IMG/VR virus record: IMGVR_UViG_3300032249_000373
Location: 24,261-88,260 of that record
From: a virus
Length of the DNA stretch: 64,000 nucleotides
Strand: one strand, 5' to 3'
Shown: piece by piece, positions 39,901 to 48,598 of the stretch
Layout: the number at the start of each line of letters is the position of its first letter
Numbering within the stretch: position 1 is the stretch's first letter
The notes under the pieces: model-generated
Told to the model about the DNA's origin: nothing
The model's input: the letters and a program-made list of their open reading frames with translations, nothing else
The model's database searches: none
Position numbers and translations under genes: made by a program

Positions 39901-40240
39901 TCTTGTTCTTGCAAATGATAATAGGATTGTGTCTGCAATACCTGTTGACGAGATAAAAGGATCTCCTAATGCTCTTGTAAAGTTTTTAAGTTATAAGCAA
40001 TTGCCTTATTCTGAAGAAGAAATGTTTGTTGTTTCTTTTAAGCCAAGAATGACAAAGGCTGGAAAGAAAATGGCTTCTTTAACCTTAGCAGATACAAGTA
40101 GAGAACTTCACTCTGTAACTGTATTTCCTACCGCATTTCCTAGAGCATACATGCATATTGAAGAGGGCAAGGCTTACAAGTTTAGTTTTGGCAAAACAAA
40201 AGATGGAACAGTAACATTGGAGGATGTATATGTCAGTTAG
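36965..40240 (+). CDS. dnaE: DNA polymerase III alpha subunit (family C)
   Basis: PHP domain HVHTHYS/TDHG/PDCHH, GPGRGSAAGS, FPDIDTD catalytic motif, KIDALGL, YSFNKSHA, C-terminal OB fold. Confidence 0.95.
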   Translation: MNYVGLHVHTHYSLFDGVATPKEYVDRASALGMPAIAITDHGTLSGHREMYRMAKEKGIKPILGLEGYMCADISDTRDKSEREGQQDLVYNHIILLAKNKLGLENLNKISELSWTDGFFKKPRFDFDILQKYREGIIVTSACPSSVIVKALEEEEFALAKKYIQWFKDNFGSDYYIEVMPHNDAQINKYLIELADEFSIKVVVTPDCHHVDQSQREVQEFKLLLNTHGKVNKEATYEKSKKQPDMMKRLDYLYGEDRQITFNKFDIHLLSYEEMKAAMELQGIDRPDIYANTLLLADTVEDYEIQDGLNLLPVQYKSPDKELAKIALEGLQLKGLSENKEYLDRLDEELKIIKDKKFAPYFLVVQSMISWAKKEGIMVGPGRGSAAGSLVCYSLGITDIDPIKYGLLFFRFINPERNDFPDIDTDIQDNRRDEVKDYLVRQYRHVASIATFLEFKDKGVVRDVARVLDIPLTDVNKVLKLVDTWDEYCSSRTAAWFREKYPEVEVYGEQLRGRIRGTGIHAAGVVTSKDPIFRFAPMETRSSPGSDERIPVVGVDMEEAERIGLIKIDALGLKTLSVIQDAVAMIKENHYKDIDLDSLDLADAKVYEMLSDGYTKGVFQCEATPYTNLLVKMGVKNFNELAASNALVRPGAMNTIGKDYIARKHGKQNVSYTHQIMKEFTEDTYGCVLYQEQVMQACVHLGQMSMSEADKVRKIIGKKKDAKEFDVYKEQFVKGASAYITPNQALDLWHDFEAHAGYSFNKSHAVAYSTLSYWTAWLKYYYPLEFMFALLKNEKDKDGRTEYLIEAKRMGIPIKLPHINDSDFDFKIEGKGIRFGLTGIKFISTNIAEKYIAARPFKSYKELEEFTFTKGNGVNSRALNALRVIGAATFADQPRNDAEIKENLYEYLNLPEFNITIPSHYYAFIQDVDSFEEKGSFILMGMVKAIKRGTGWSRIEILDKTGSVGIFDEESTIIETGRTYLVLANDNRIVSAIPVDEIKGSPNALVKFLSYKQLPYSEEEMFVVSFKPRMTKAGKKMASLTLADTSRELHSVTVFPTAFPRAYMHIEEGKAYKFSFGKTKDGTVTLEDVYVS

Positions 40241-41243
40241 TGTAGAAGAAGTATTAGCACAGTTAGATCCTAAACTTAGAAAAAGATTAGGCAATGGTGT
40301 TGGAGTAAACTTTGAGTATCAACCTACACCCAGTTTTGGATTAAACCGTGCACTAGGAGGAGGACTGCCTTATGGACGACAAGTCCTTATCTGGGGATCA
40401 AAGTCGTCTGCAAAGTCCTCTATGTGCCTTCAGATGATTGCTATGGCACAAAAAGAAGGTAAGGTCTGTGCATGGATTGACTCTGAAATGTCATACTCTG
40501 AAGACTGGGCTGTTAAACTTGGGGTAGACCCAACAAAACTTATTTACTCACAAGCAAGAACTATTAGCGATATGGTTGATGTTGGTGTTGGACTTATCAA
40601 TGCTGGTGTTGACTTAATCGTAATAGACTCTATTACATCAATGCTTCCTGCAATTTATTTTGAAAAAGATACAGATGATATGAAAGCATTAGAAAATACA
40701 AAACAGATTGGAGCAGAATCTCGTGACTTTAGTAACGCATGGAAAATGCTTAACTATGCAAACAATAAAGTTAAGCCTACTCTTCTTGTACTTATTTCTC
40801 AGTCCCGTAATAATATTAACGCTATGTATACTAGTCAGCAGCCGTCAGGCGGTCAGGCTACTAAGTTTTATTCGTCTTGTGTTATTAAACTATTTTCATC
40901 AGAGTCAGATAATCAAGCACTTAAGGGTAAGATCAAGGTAGGAGATAAATTAATTGAAGAAAAGATTGGTAGAAAAATTCGTTGGGAACTACAGTTCTCC
41001 AAAACCTCTCCAGGGTTCCAATCTGGTGAGTATGATTTTTATTTTAGAGGTGACGATATTGGTATTGATGCCATTGGTGATATGGTTGATACAGCAGAAT
41101 CAGTAGGACTAGTTAATCGTACTGGAGCATGGTATCAACTTGATGATGGTACAAAGGTTCAAGGACGAGATGGTTTTATCAATCGTGTAAGAGAAGACCT
41201 AGATCTACAACAAAGCCTAAGAGATAAATTAGCAAATGGCTGA
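40230..41243 (+). CDS. recA: RecA/UvsX-like recombinase
   Basis: LGGGLPYGR, Walker A variant GSKSSAKS, WIDSE, VIDSI, GGQATKFYSS, GAWY. Confidence 0.88.
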   Translation: MSVSVEEVLAQLDPKLRKRLGNGVGVNFEYQPTPSFGLNRALGGGLPYGRQVLIWGSKSSAKSSMCLQMIAMAQKEGKVCAWIDSEMSYSEDWAVKLGVDPTKLIYSQARTISDMVDVGVGLINAGVDLIVIDSITSMLPAIYFEKDTDDMKALENTKQIGAESRDFSNAWKMLNYANNKVKPTLLVLISQSRNNINAMYTSQQPSGGQATKFYSSCVIKLFSSESDNQALKGKIKVGDKLIEEKIGRKIRWELQFSKTSPGFQSGEYDFYFRGDDIGIDAIGDMVDTAESVGLVNRTGAWYQLDDGTKVQGRDGFINRVREDLDLQQSLRDKLANG

Positions 41244-41421
41244 TAACAACTTTGTTATATTTCATGGAAAGTTTCCATGCAAGAAGTGCCAAGAAGAGGT
41301 ATCCTCTTTAAGACTTTGGCGTGAAACAGGAGATGCAACATGGATGTGTTCTGGAAAGCATATGTCTAAGGTTGCATTGATACCATCAAAAAAGAAAAAG
41401 AAAGATTTTGCTAATGAGTGA
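41236..41421 (+). CDS. Small Cys/His zinc-binding protein
   Basis: CKKC...CSGKH. Confidence 0.5.
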   Translation: MADNNFVIFHGKFPCKKCQEEVSSLRLWRETGDATWMCSGKHMSKVALIPSKKKKKDFANE

Positions 41422-41710
41422 GAGGTCTGAGTCAAAACGTATCGGAGCCAAGCAACACAAGAACTCTGGTAGAAATAATACCAAGGGTGATGCATCTTGG
41501 AATAATTTTGTAATAGACTTTAAGGAATGCTCTAAGTCTTTTACCTTAAATCAAGATGTTTGGGCTAAGGCTACAACTGATGCATTAAAGAAAAGTATGG
41601 ATCCTGCTCTTATTATTGTGCTTGGTGAAGGTACACAAAAAGTACGACTTGCTATAATAGAGTTAGATATGTTAGAACAGTTAATAGAGGAGAAAAAAAA
41701 TGTCAAATGA
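41414..41710 (+). CDS. Hjc-like (PD-(D/E)XK) Holliday junction resolvase
   Basis: SE..E...SGR...KGDA...IDFKE...SF pattern. Confidence 0.65.
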   Translation: MSERSESKRIGAKQHKNSGRNNTKGDASWNNFVIDFKECSKSFTLNQDVWAKATTDALKKSMDPALIIVLGEGTQKVRLAIIELDMLEQLIEEKKNVK

Positions 41711-42014
41711 GGGTCCACAAAAAACAACGCTAGAACAAGTAAATGGTTTAGCCGAAATTGCAGAGTATATGAATGATGAAGAACTTACAGTTGCTCTTAC
41801 AATGATTGCTAAAATAATTATTAAACCAGACATTCCAATTCAGGTTGCAAGTCTTGAGATTGTTAGACTACAGGCAATTGCAGCAAAGATGTCATTAAAG
41901 GCTACGTGGATGGCCAATGTTGATAAAAGTGACAGGGCAAAGAAAAATATTTACTATACCGCAGCAGAATCAATCAATGATTTGGTATCAGCATTAAAAT
42001 ACATTATGCGCTAA
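41700..42014 (+). CDS. Hypothetical helical protein
   Basis: ORF with GAGGAG SD in recombination cluster. Confidence 0.55.
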   Translation: MSNEGPQKTTLEQVNGLAEIAEYMNDEELTVALTMIAKIIIKPDIPIQVASLEIVRLQAIAAKMSLKATWMANVDKSDRAKKNIYYTAAESINDLVSALKYIMR

Positions 42015-42039
42015 CCTGCTATACTTATATAAACAAGGG

Positions 42040-42855
42040 ATGATAATGACTAAAAATTTACTACAACAAATAATGATTAGAGAACCGAAGAAGATAGAGA
42101 TTATAGACACTCAGGCATTGATTGAAAAAATTCAATCAGGATATACGGTTAAGCGTGTAGATAAATTTCAAACAAAGAAAACTTTTGCACCATCTACAAT
42201 TGCGTACTCTCATGGAGAGTGTCCAAGGTATTGGTATCTTGCATTTGAGGGCGCAGTCTTTGAAGATAATGCAGATGCCTATGGCGCAGCAAATATGACT
42301 GCTGGTACTAAGTCACATGAACGTATTCAACAAGCAATGATGGACTCTGGAATTGCAGAAATTTATGAGTCAGATGAAGGTCCAACAACAGAGTTTAAGA
42401 TTATCAATAATGACCCACCAATATTTGGTTATGGTGATGCCATGATTAATTGGGAAGGTGAGCAGATTGTTGGAGAAATTAAGACTATGCTCAACGAAGG
42501 TTTTGAGTATCGCAAGAAGGCGTTAAAACCAAAGACTGGTCACTTAATTCAGTTGCTTATTTATATGAAGATTCTTAAAAAATCAAAGGGTGTATTGATT
42601 TATGAAAACAAGAATAATCATGAGTTGCTAGTTCTTCCAATAGAAGTAACAGATTATTATCGTCAATGGATTGACGAAACATTTCAATGGATGAGAGATG
42701 TTCGTAAAGCATGGACAGATAAAACACTACCCACAAAAAACTACAGATCAAATTCAAAAATCTGTAAAACATGTCCAATTCAAAAAGCATGTGAAGATGC
42801 TGGCGCAGGGGTAGTAAAACTTAAATCCCTGGAGGGGCTCAGTGAAGTTATGTAG
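42040..42855 (+). CDS. Cas4-like PD-(D/E)XK exonuclease with 4-Cys Fe-S motif
   Basis: CPRYW, GTKSHERIQ, GYGD..GEIKT, QLLIY, C-terminal CKTCPIQKAC. Promoter TGCTATACT at 42017-42025. Confidence 0.8.
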   Translation: MIMTKNLLQQIMIREPKKIEIIDTQALIEKIQSGYTVKRVDKFQTKKTFAPSTIAYSHGECPRYWYLAFEGAVFEDNADAYGAANMTAGTKSHERIQQAMMDSGIAEIYESDEGPTTEFKIINNDPPIFGYGDAMINWEGEQIVGEIKTMLNEGFEYRKKALKPKTGHLIQLLIYMKILKKSKGVLIYENKNNHELLVLPIEVTDYYRQWIDETFQWMRDVRKAWTDKTLPTKNYRSNSKICKTCPIQKACEDAGAGVVKLKSLEGLSEVM

Positions 42856-43132
42856 TGTATGCGATACATCATTTAAACCTAAAGTAACTTATCAAATTTA
42901 CTGTAATAAGGTTTGTAGGGATATTGCAACCAGAGAAAAGATTGTAGAAAGGTATAACGTAACAAAAAGACAAAAACGAAAAGGTAAAAAGCGTTTATGT
43001 CTTGGTGGTTGTGCACAAGAACTTTCTATATATAACGACTCTGGATTTTGTTCAAATTGTAATGTTAGTGAAAAAGCAGTTGCAAAAATGTTAAAAGAGT
43101 TGAAAGGCTATATTGAATATGAGCAAGACTAA
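42842..43132 (+). CDS. Cys-rich zinc-finger protein
   Basis: CSVC..YCNKVC and CLGGC..CSNC. Confidence 0.55.
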   Translation: MKLCSVCDTSFKPKVTYQIYCNKVCRDIATREKIVERYNVTKRQKRKGKKRLCLGGCAQELSIYNDSGFCSNCNVSEKAVAKMLKELKGYIEYEQD

Positions 43133-43709
43133 GTGGGGAGCAGAAGCACAGCCAAAAACTATTTGTGCTATAGATGCTAGTACTAATAGTCTTGCCTTTG
43201 CTTTGTTTGTTGGCAATGAACTTGAAAGTATTGGAAAAATTTCTTTTGAAGGAAAGAATATCTATGAAAAAGTTATGGATGCTGGCAAAAAAGTAAAAGC
43301 CTTTTTTGATATTTATGGTGGTTTTGAAGCAATAGTTATTGAACATACAGTATTTATGAATAGCCCCAAGACTGCTGCTGACCTTGCATTAGTTCAAGGT
43401 GCAATTCTTGGATCAGCAGGACAATCTGGAACTAAAATAATTGGCAGAGTTTCTCCAATTACTTGGCAAATTTTTATGGGTAATGGAAAAATATCTAAAG
43501 AAGAACAGTTACTAATACGATCTCAAAATCCTGGAAAGTCTGATTCATACTACAAGGCTCATGAAAGAATGCTTCGTAAAGAAAGAACAATTAAGTTTAT
43601 TAATATTAATTATGATAGAACAATTACAGATAACGATGTTGCCGATGCCTGCGGTATAGGTCATTGGGCAATAAAAAACTGGGAAAAAGCGATAGGAGAA
43701 AATAAATAA
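43119..43709 (+). CDS. RuvC-like resolvase
   Basis: ICAIDASTNSLAF, VIEHTVF, DNDVADACGIG acidic residues of the RNase H fold. Confidence 0.75.
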   Translation: MSKTKWGAEAQPKTICAIDASTNSLAFALFVGNELESIGKISFEGKNIYEKVMDAGKKVKAFFDIYGGFEAIVIEHTVFMNSPKTAADLALVQGAILGSAGQSGTKIIGRVSPITWQIFMGNGKISKEEQLLIRSQNPGKSDSYYKAHERMLRKERTIKFININYDRTITDNDVADACGIGHWAIKNWEKAIGENK

Positions 43710-44347
43710 TGCCAGAGTTAAATGCAAACATACCACCGATTTCGTGTTATGTAAGAGGAAACTACTTAAGAAATCATCAAGATAGCCACGATAAATATTT
43801 TGAGTGCGTAGTCTTTGGTGTTTCAAGATTAAAATCTAGAAGTCCGCTATTTCATATTATGATGCCAGACGGTGGCCTATGGTGGAGACTTCCGATTTCT
43901 GCTTTTTGCACAGAGCCAGGGGTTCCTGAAGTTGATCTACACAATCTAGTGTTGTGGAATTCTTTTAGTCATCACATTGCTGTAACAAGATTTGAAAACC
44001 TAACAAACCTTAGAATGTCTTATATAGATAGAACAAAAACAATGAATAAGGGAACCTATCTATTTACATTAGACTGGCACAATCCAGACACAAATGTTTT
44101 AGATGATGGGTATTCTGAAAGTCCTGCAGACCATAAGTGTGGACATGTTATTCAAAGAGATGATGGTAATTTTGCAATTCAGCCTAATAACAGAGTCAGG
44201 GTATACGAGCCTTCATTTACGCTAGAAAAAGAGTATTTGATTGACAGAATAATTAATGAAAAGAAGTATGACGTAGAAAACCAAGATAAGTGGATAATGG
44301 AAAACTCTGATAGGTTTAACTATAACATTGAAGAAAATAAAGGTTGA
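43709..44347 (+). CDS. Conserved phage hypothetical protein
   Basis: 212-aa ORF coupled to the RuvC-like gene; no function recognised. Confidence 0.6.
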   Translation: MPELNANIPPISCYVRGNYLRNHQDSHDKYFECVVFGVSRLKSRSPLFHIMMPDGGLWWRLPISAFCTEPGVPEVDLHNLVLWNSFSHHIAVTRFENLTNLRMSYIDRTKTMNKGTYLFTLDWHNPDTNVLDDGYSESPADHKCGHVIQRDDGNFAIQPNNRVRVYEPSFTLEKEYLIDRIINEKKYDVENQDKWIMENSDRFNYNIEENKG

Positions 44348-44372
44348 CAAATAACGCTATGCCTGCTAAACT
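44344..44372 (+). promoter_or_regulatory. sigmaA-type promoter
   Basis: TTGACA (44344-44349), 17 nt spacer, TG-C-TAAACT (44367-44372). Confidence 0.55.
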
Positions 44373-44514
44373 ATATACATCGGAAGTCTATATGCGTAAG
44401 CGATATCTTATGGATAAAAAGACTCCAGAAGAGATTGCAAAGGAGTGCGGAGCCAGTGTTGAGACTATCTACGTATACCTTGCTAAATTTGGATTAAGGA
44501 AGTCTAAGAGATGA
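44359..44514 (+). CDS. Small HTH protein (not in ORF track)
   Basis: Manual translation MPAKLYTSEVYMRKRYLMDKKTPEEIAKECGASVETIYVYLAKFGLRKSKR; true start may be ATG 44392. Confidence 0.6.
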   Translation: MPAKLYTSEVYMRKRYLMDKKTPEEIAKECGASVETIYVYLAKFGLRKSKR

Positions 44515-44648
44515 ATAAGATAAAAAGAATTATATTTATATTGTCATTGGCTGCAGCAGCAGGCATTACATACACGATAGTTGCATTAAAAAATATTCCA
44601 GAATCATTTGACTGGAACTTAGAGGAAGATGCCGATGAGGATTATTAG
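44511..44648 (+). CDS. Small membrane protein (not in ORF track)
   Basis: MNKIKRIIFILSLAAAAGITYTIVALKNIPESFDWNLEEDADEDY; ATGA overlap. Confidence 0.5.
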   Translation: MNKIKRIIFILSLAAAAGITYTIVALKNIPESFDWNLEEDADEDY

Positions 44649-44796
44649 ACACTTTGTAGATGTTTCAAAAGCGCTTACACAAAGAGCATTTTGTAAACAC
44701 TTAGACTCTTCAATATCGTCATGCCCATTTACTGGAAGAACATACACAACATGCCTAAAGTGTTTCAAAAGATTAAATGTTGAGGTAACTAAGTGA
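44635..44796 (+). CDS. Small Cys-containing protein (not in ORF track)
   Basis: MRIIRHFVDVSKALTQRAFCKHLDSSISSCPFTGRTYTTCLKCFKRLNVEVTK. Confidence 0.45.
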   Translation: MRIIRHFVDVSKALTQRAFCKHLDSSISSCPFTGRTYTTCLKCFKRLNVEVTK

Positions 44797-45035
44797 GCGA
44801 TAACCTACACATTACTGTTGATCAGGTAAACCATCCTGTTCATTACACATCAGATCCTTCTGGGGTTGAATGTATTCAAATTACTAGACATAGAAACTTT
44901 AATGTTGGTAATGCATTCAAGTATTTGTGGAGAGCAGGACTTAAAGATGAAGCAAAAACTATTCAAGATTTAGAAAAAGCCATCTTCTATATTAAAGATG
45001 AAATAAATAGATTAGAGGGAAAGTATGTCAAGTGA
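44793..45035 (+). CDS. DUF3310 family protein
   Basis: DQVNHPVHY...ECIQIT...FNVGNAFKYLWRAGLK...DLEKA.FYI. Confidence 0.8.
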   Translation: MSDNLHITVDQVNHPVHYTSDPSGVECIQITRHRNFNVGNAFKYLWRAGLKDEAKTIQDLEKAIFYIKDEINRLEGKYVK

Positions 45036-45561
45036 GACAGAACTTATTCAGCATCTTGATGAAGTTAATCAAGTAGTTACTGAATACCTTAAGGGCAATG
45101 ATCCAACAGTTATTTCTAAAGAGTTAGACATACCACGTACCCGTGTTGTATCTTTAATTAATGAGTGGAAGGTTATGGCATCTGCTAATGATGCTATACG
45201 TGCTCGTGCTAAAGAGGCATTGGTTGGAGCAGATACACACTATACAAAGTTAATTACAAAGGCTTACGAAGTTATTGATGAAGCAAGTCTGTCAACAAAC
45301 CTTACAGCAAAGACTGCTGGTATTAAATTAGTTTTAGATATTGAGTCAAGAAGAATTGACATGCTACAAAAAGCAGGTCTTCTTGAGAACAAAGAACTAG
45401 CAGAAGAGATGATTGAAATTGAAAGACGACAAGAAGTTCTTGTTGGAATCCTAAGAGATATTGCTTCAGAGCATCCAGAAGTTCGTGACATTATTATGAA
45501 AAGACTTTCTGCTATTGCAAAAGAAGGAGAAGTGATTACAGTTGTCCACGATGTTCAATGA
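45025..45561 (+). CDS. Putative terminase small subunit
   Basis: N-terminal HTH (ISKELDIPRTRVVSLI), helical body, directly upstream of TerL. Confidence 0.6.
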   Translation: MSSETELIQHLDEVNQVVTEYLKGNDPTVISKELDIPRTRVVSLINEWKVMASANDAIRARAKEALVGADTHYTKLITKAYEVIDEASLSTNLTAKTAGIKLVLDIESRRIDMLQKAGLLENKELAEEMIEIERRQEVLVGILRDIASEHPEVRDIIMKRLSAIAKEGEVITVVHDVQ

Positions 45562-47326
45562 GTTTCTTGAAGTATTAAAAGAAAATCATTTTGTTGAAAC
45601 CCCAGTTGACGTAAAGACATTTGTCCAGTCACCTGATTATCTTGGTCAACCACTTTTATCTGATATCCAGTACGAAATTGTTGAGGCAATGAGCCAGATC
45701 TATCGTAAAGAAGATTTGATAGAGATTATGGGCGATGTTGAAGGAACTAAACACTTTAGTAAGTACACCAAAAATGAATTAATTCTTCAACTTGGCAAGG
45801 GTAGTGGTAAAGATTTTATTTCAACAGTAGCCTGTGCATATGTAGTATACAAACTACTATGCCTAAAAGACCCTGCAATTTATTATGGCAAGCCTGCAGG
45901 AGATGCAATTGATATTATTAACGTTGCTGTTAACGCACAACAGGCAAAGAACGTTTTCTTTAAAGGTTTTAAAACAAAGATTGAAAAGTCACCTTGGTTT
46001 GCTGGAAAGTATAATGCAAAGGCTGACTCAATTGAGTTTGACAAAGCCATTACTGTTTACTCTGGACACTCAGAAAGAGAATCTCATGAGGGTTTGAACT
46101 TGCTTATGGCAGTACTTGATGAGATTTCTGGTTTTGCAAGCGAGGTTGTATCTGGAAATGAACAAGGAAAGACTGCTGATAATATCTATAAAGCATTTCG
46201 TGGTTCAGTAGACTCTCGTTTTCCAGATCTTGGAAAGGTTGTTTTGCTTTCTTTCCCACGATATCAAGGTGACTTTATTTCTCAACGATACGAATCTGTC
46301 ATTGCTGACAAAGAAACTATTGAAAGAACACATACATTTATTATGAATGAAGACCTGCCACATGAAGATCCAGGTAATCAATTTCAAATCTCGTGGGACG
46401 AAGATAACATTCTTCAGTACAAAATTCCAAGGGTATATGCATTTAAAAGACCTACATGGGAAGTAAACCCAACCCGTAAGATAGAAGACTTTAAACTAGC
46501 ATTCTATACTGACCTTGGTGATGCCATGATGCGCTTTGCTTGTATGCCAACCTATTCATCTGATGCTTTTTTTAAGCAGATTGACAAAGTTGAGAAGTGT
46601 ATGAACACTAGAAATCCACTAGATTCATTTAGAAGGTTTGACGAAACATTTGTACCAGATCCAGATAAAACATACTATATTCATGCTGACCTTGCACAAA
46701 AGCACGATAAGTGTGCAGTTGCAATTGCTCACGTAGATAAGTGGGTAAATATTCAGGTAATTAAAGATTACGAACAAGTAGCACCAATTGTAGTAGTAGA
46801 TGCAGTTGCATGGTGGGAGCCAAGAGCAGAAGGTCCAGTTAATTTATCTGAAGTTAAGCAATGGATTATGAATCTGCGTAGACAAGGTTTTAATATTGGA
46901 ATGGTTTCATTTGACCGTTGGCAATCATTTGATATTCAAAATGAGTTACAGGCCGTTGGAATTAGAACTGAGACAGTATCTGTTGCCAAGAAGCACTACG
47001 AAGATCTGGCTATGATGATTTATGAAGAGCGTGTTTCTATTCCAAGAATACCTATCCTATTAGAAGAAATGTCAGAACTTAAGATTATGAAGGGTAATCG
47101 TGTAGATCACCCACGCAAAAAATCTAAGGACCTTGCAGATGCCGTAACTGGTGCGGTATTTGGAGCAATATCACACACACCAAAGAATAATAATACTGAG
47201 ATAGATGTCCATACTTGGTCTTCTTCTGCACGACTTGCAGAAAAAGACAAGGGTATGGTAGAATTAGATAATCCGAAAATGCCTGACGATGTTAGGGATT
47301 TCCTGGATGGTTTTAATTTAATTTAA
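45551..47326 (+). CDS. terL: Terminase large subunit
   Basis: Walker A GKGSGKD, Walker B AVLDEISGF, nuclease HADLA..., DHPRKKSKDLADA. Confidence 0.88.
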   Translation: MFNEFLEVLKENHFVETPVDVKTFVQSPDYLGQPLLSDIQYEIVEAMSQIYRKEDLIEIMGDVEGTKHFSKYTKNELILQLGKGSGKDFISTVACAYVVYKLLCLKDPAIYYGKPAGDAIDIINVAVNAQQAKNVFFKGFKTKIEKSPWFAGKYNAKADSIEFDKAITVYSGHSERESHEGLNLLMAVLDEISGFASEVVSGNEQGKTADNIYKAFRGSVDSRFPDLGKVVLLSFPRYQGDFISQRYESVIADKETIERTHTFIMNEDLPHEDPGNQFQISWDEDNILQYKIPRVYAFKRPTWEVNPTRKIEDFKLAFYTDLGDAMMRFACMPTYSSDAFFKQIDKVEKCMNTRNPLDSFRRFDETFVPDPDKTYYIHADLAQKHDKCAVAIAHVDKWVNIQVIKDYEQVAPIVVVDAVAWWEPRAEGPVNLSEVKQWIMNLRRQGFNIGMVSFDRWQSFDIQNELQAVGIRTETVSVAKKHYEDLAMMIYEERVSIPRIPILLEEMSELKIMKGNRVDHPRKKSKDLADAVTGAVFGAISHTPKNNNTEIDVHTWSSSARLAEKDKGMVELDNPKMPDDVRDFLDGFNLI

Positions 47327-47367
47327 CTTTCTAGTCATTGGACTAGATAAACTAACAAGGAGAAAGA

Positions 47368-48495
47368 ATGAATTCATTTAAGAAACTCGCTCTTGCCATG
47401 GTTGCAGCCATGACACTGGGCACAATGGTAGCAACGCCTGCAAACGCTGCTGTAATGACGGTGGCTGTATCGCTTGATTCTGTAGCAAATACTACAAACT
47501 CAGCAATCGCAACGCCTGCATCATTGCCAGTACCTGCAGATAACGCAGTAGATGCTGCAGATGCACTAAAGTTTGTTGCAACAGTTGATGTTGGAACAAG
47601 CGTAACAGTCACAGCAACAAATGCAACAATCGTGTCTGCACTACACACAACTGCTGCACCAGTAGGAGCAACATCAGGATCTTCATCTTTGACAGTTGCA
47701 ACTGGTACAGGAACAACAGCAACATTTTATGTCTACACAAAGACAACAGCAATCGGTACAGTTGTAATCACTAACGGTGGAACACAACTTACATACTACG
47801 TACAGGGAACTGCTGGTAAGATTAATAATCTAACAGTATCGGCTCCTGCAAACGGTGCTGCTGGTACAAAGCAGGACGTTCTAGTTACAGCAACAGACGT
47901 ATTTGGAAACAAGGTTTCTGGTAAGTCAATCACTGCAACTGTATTTGCTGCAACAGCAACAGTTGACACAGCAACAGTATCAACTGGTGCAACACTTTCA
48001 GATTTTGGAGTTGCAAAGTTTAGCGCAACACTTCCAGCAACTGGAACACGTTCACTAATTATGTTTGCTCCAACAACTTCAACAGATGCTGCATCTGCAG
48101 ATGTAGTTGGTCTAACTGCTCGTACTCTTGCACCATTTGCAGAAATTGCAGTTCGTGATCTAGTATCAGAACTTGCTGCTGAAAAGGCTGCAAAGGATGC
48201 AGCAATCGCTGCGAAGGCTGTTGCAGATGCTGCAGTTGTAAAGGCTGCTGCTGATGCAGTTGCTGCTAAGGCTGCTTCAGATGCTGCTCTTGTAGCAGAA
48301 AAGGCTGCTTCAGCAAAAGCACTAGCAGATGCAAAGGTTGCATCAGATGCAGCACTTGCTGCTAAGGATGCAGTAATTGCTAAGTTGACTGCAGACAATG
48401 CAGCAACATTGGCAAAGATCAAGGCATCATTTAATGCACTTGCCAAGCAGTGGAACACAAAGAATCCAAAGGCAAAGGTTGCTCTACTTAAGTAA
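47368..48495 (+). CDS. Secreted Ala/Thr/Val-rich surface (S-layer-like) protein with Ig-like domains and C-terminal coiled coil
   Basis: Sec signal MNSFKKLALAMVAAMTLGTMVATPANA, beta-rich core, AAKDAAIAAKAVADAA repeats, basic C-terminus; AAGGAG SD; capsid-like codon bias; own terminator. Confidence 0.65.
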   Translation: MNSFKKLALAMVAAMTLGTMVATPANAAVMTVAVSLDSVANTTNSAIATPASLPVPADNAVDAADALKFVATVDVGTSVTVTATNATIVSALHTTAAPVGATSGSSSLTVATGTGTTATFYVYTKTTAIGTVVITNGGTQLTYYVQGTAGKINNLTVSAPANGAAGTKQDVLVTATDVFGNKVSGKSITATVFAATATVDTATVSTGATLSDFGVAKFSATLPATGTRSLIMFAPTTSTDAASADVVGLTARTLAPFAEIAVRDLVSELAAEKAAKDAAIAAKAVADAAVVKAAADAVAAKAASDAALVAEKAASAKALADAKVASDAALAAKDAVIAKLTADNAATLAKIKASFNALAKQWNTKNPKAKVALLK

Positions 48496-48512
48496 CCAAA
48501 ACCTAAAAGTTT

Positions 48513-48543
48513 GGGAGTCAGGAAACTGGCTCCCTTTCTTTTT
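48513..48543 (+). terminator. Rho-independent terminator
   Basis: GGGAGTCAG-GAAA-CTGGCTCCC-TTTCTTTTT. Confidence 0.85.
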
Positions 48544-48598
48544 GTCTATATGTCTAACTGAATAATTTGATATAATAGGCAAGAGGAGAGTCCACCAC

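Noticed and set aside
42040-42855. Cas4-like gene as evidence of a CRISPR-Cas system
   Set aside because: No repeat-spacer array or other cas genes in the window. Solo Cas4-like exonucleases are common in phage recombination modules.
634-47326. Inteins or introns in NrdJ, DnaB, DnaE, RecA, TerL
   Set aside because: Protein lengths are normal and no C1...HN-[CST] intein ends or frame breaks were seen.
47796-48458. 220-aa minus-strand ORF
   Set aside because: Antisense shadow of the Ala-rich surface-protein gene (GCT/GCA codons give stop-poor reverse frames); no SD or promoter.
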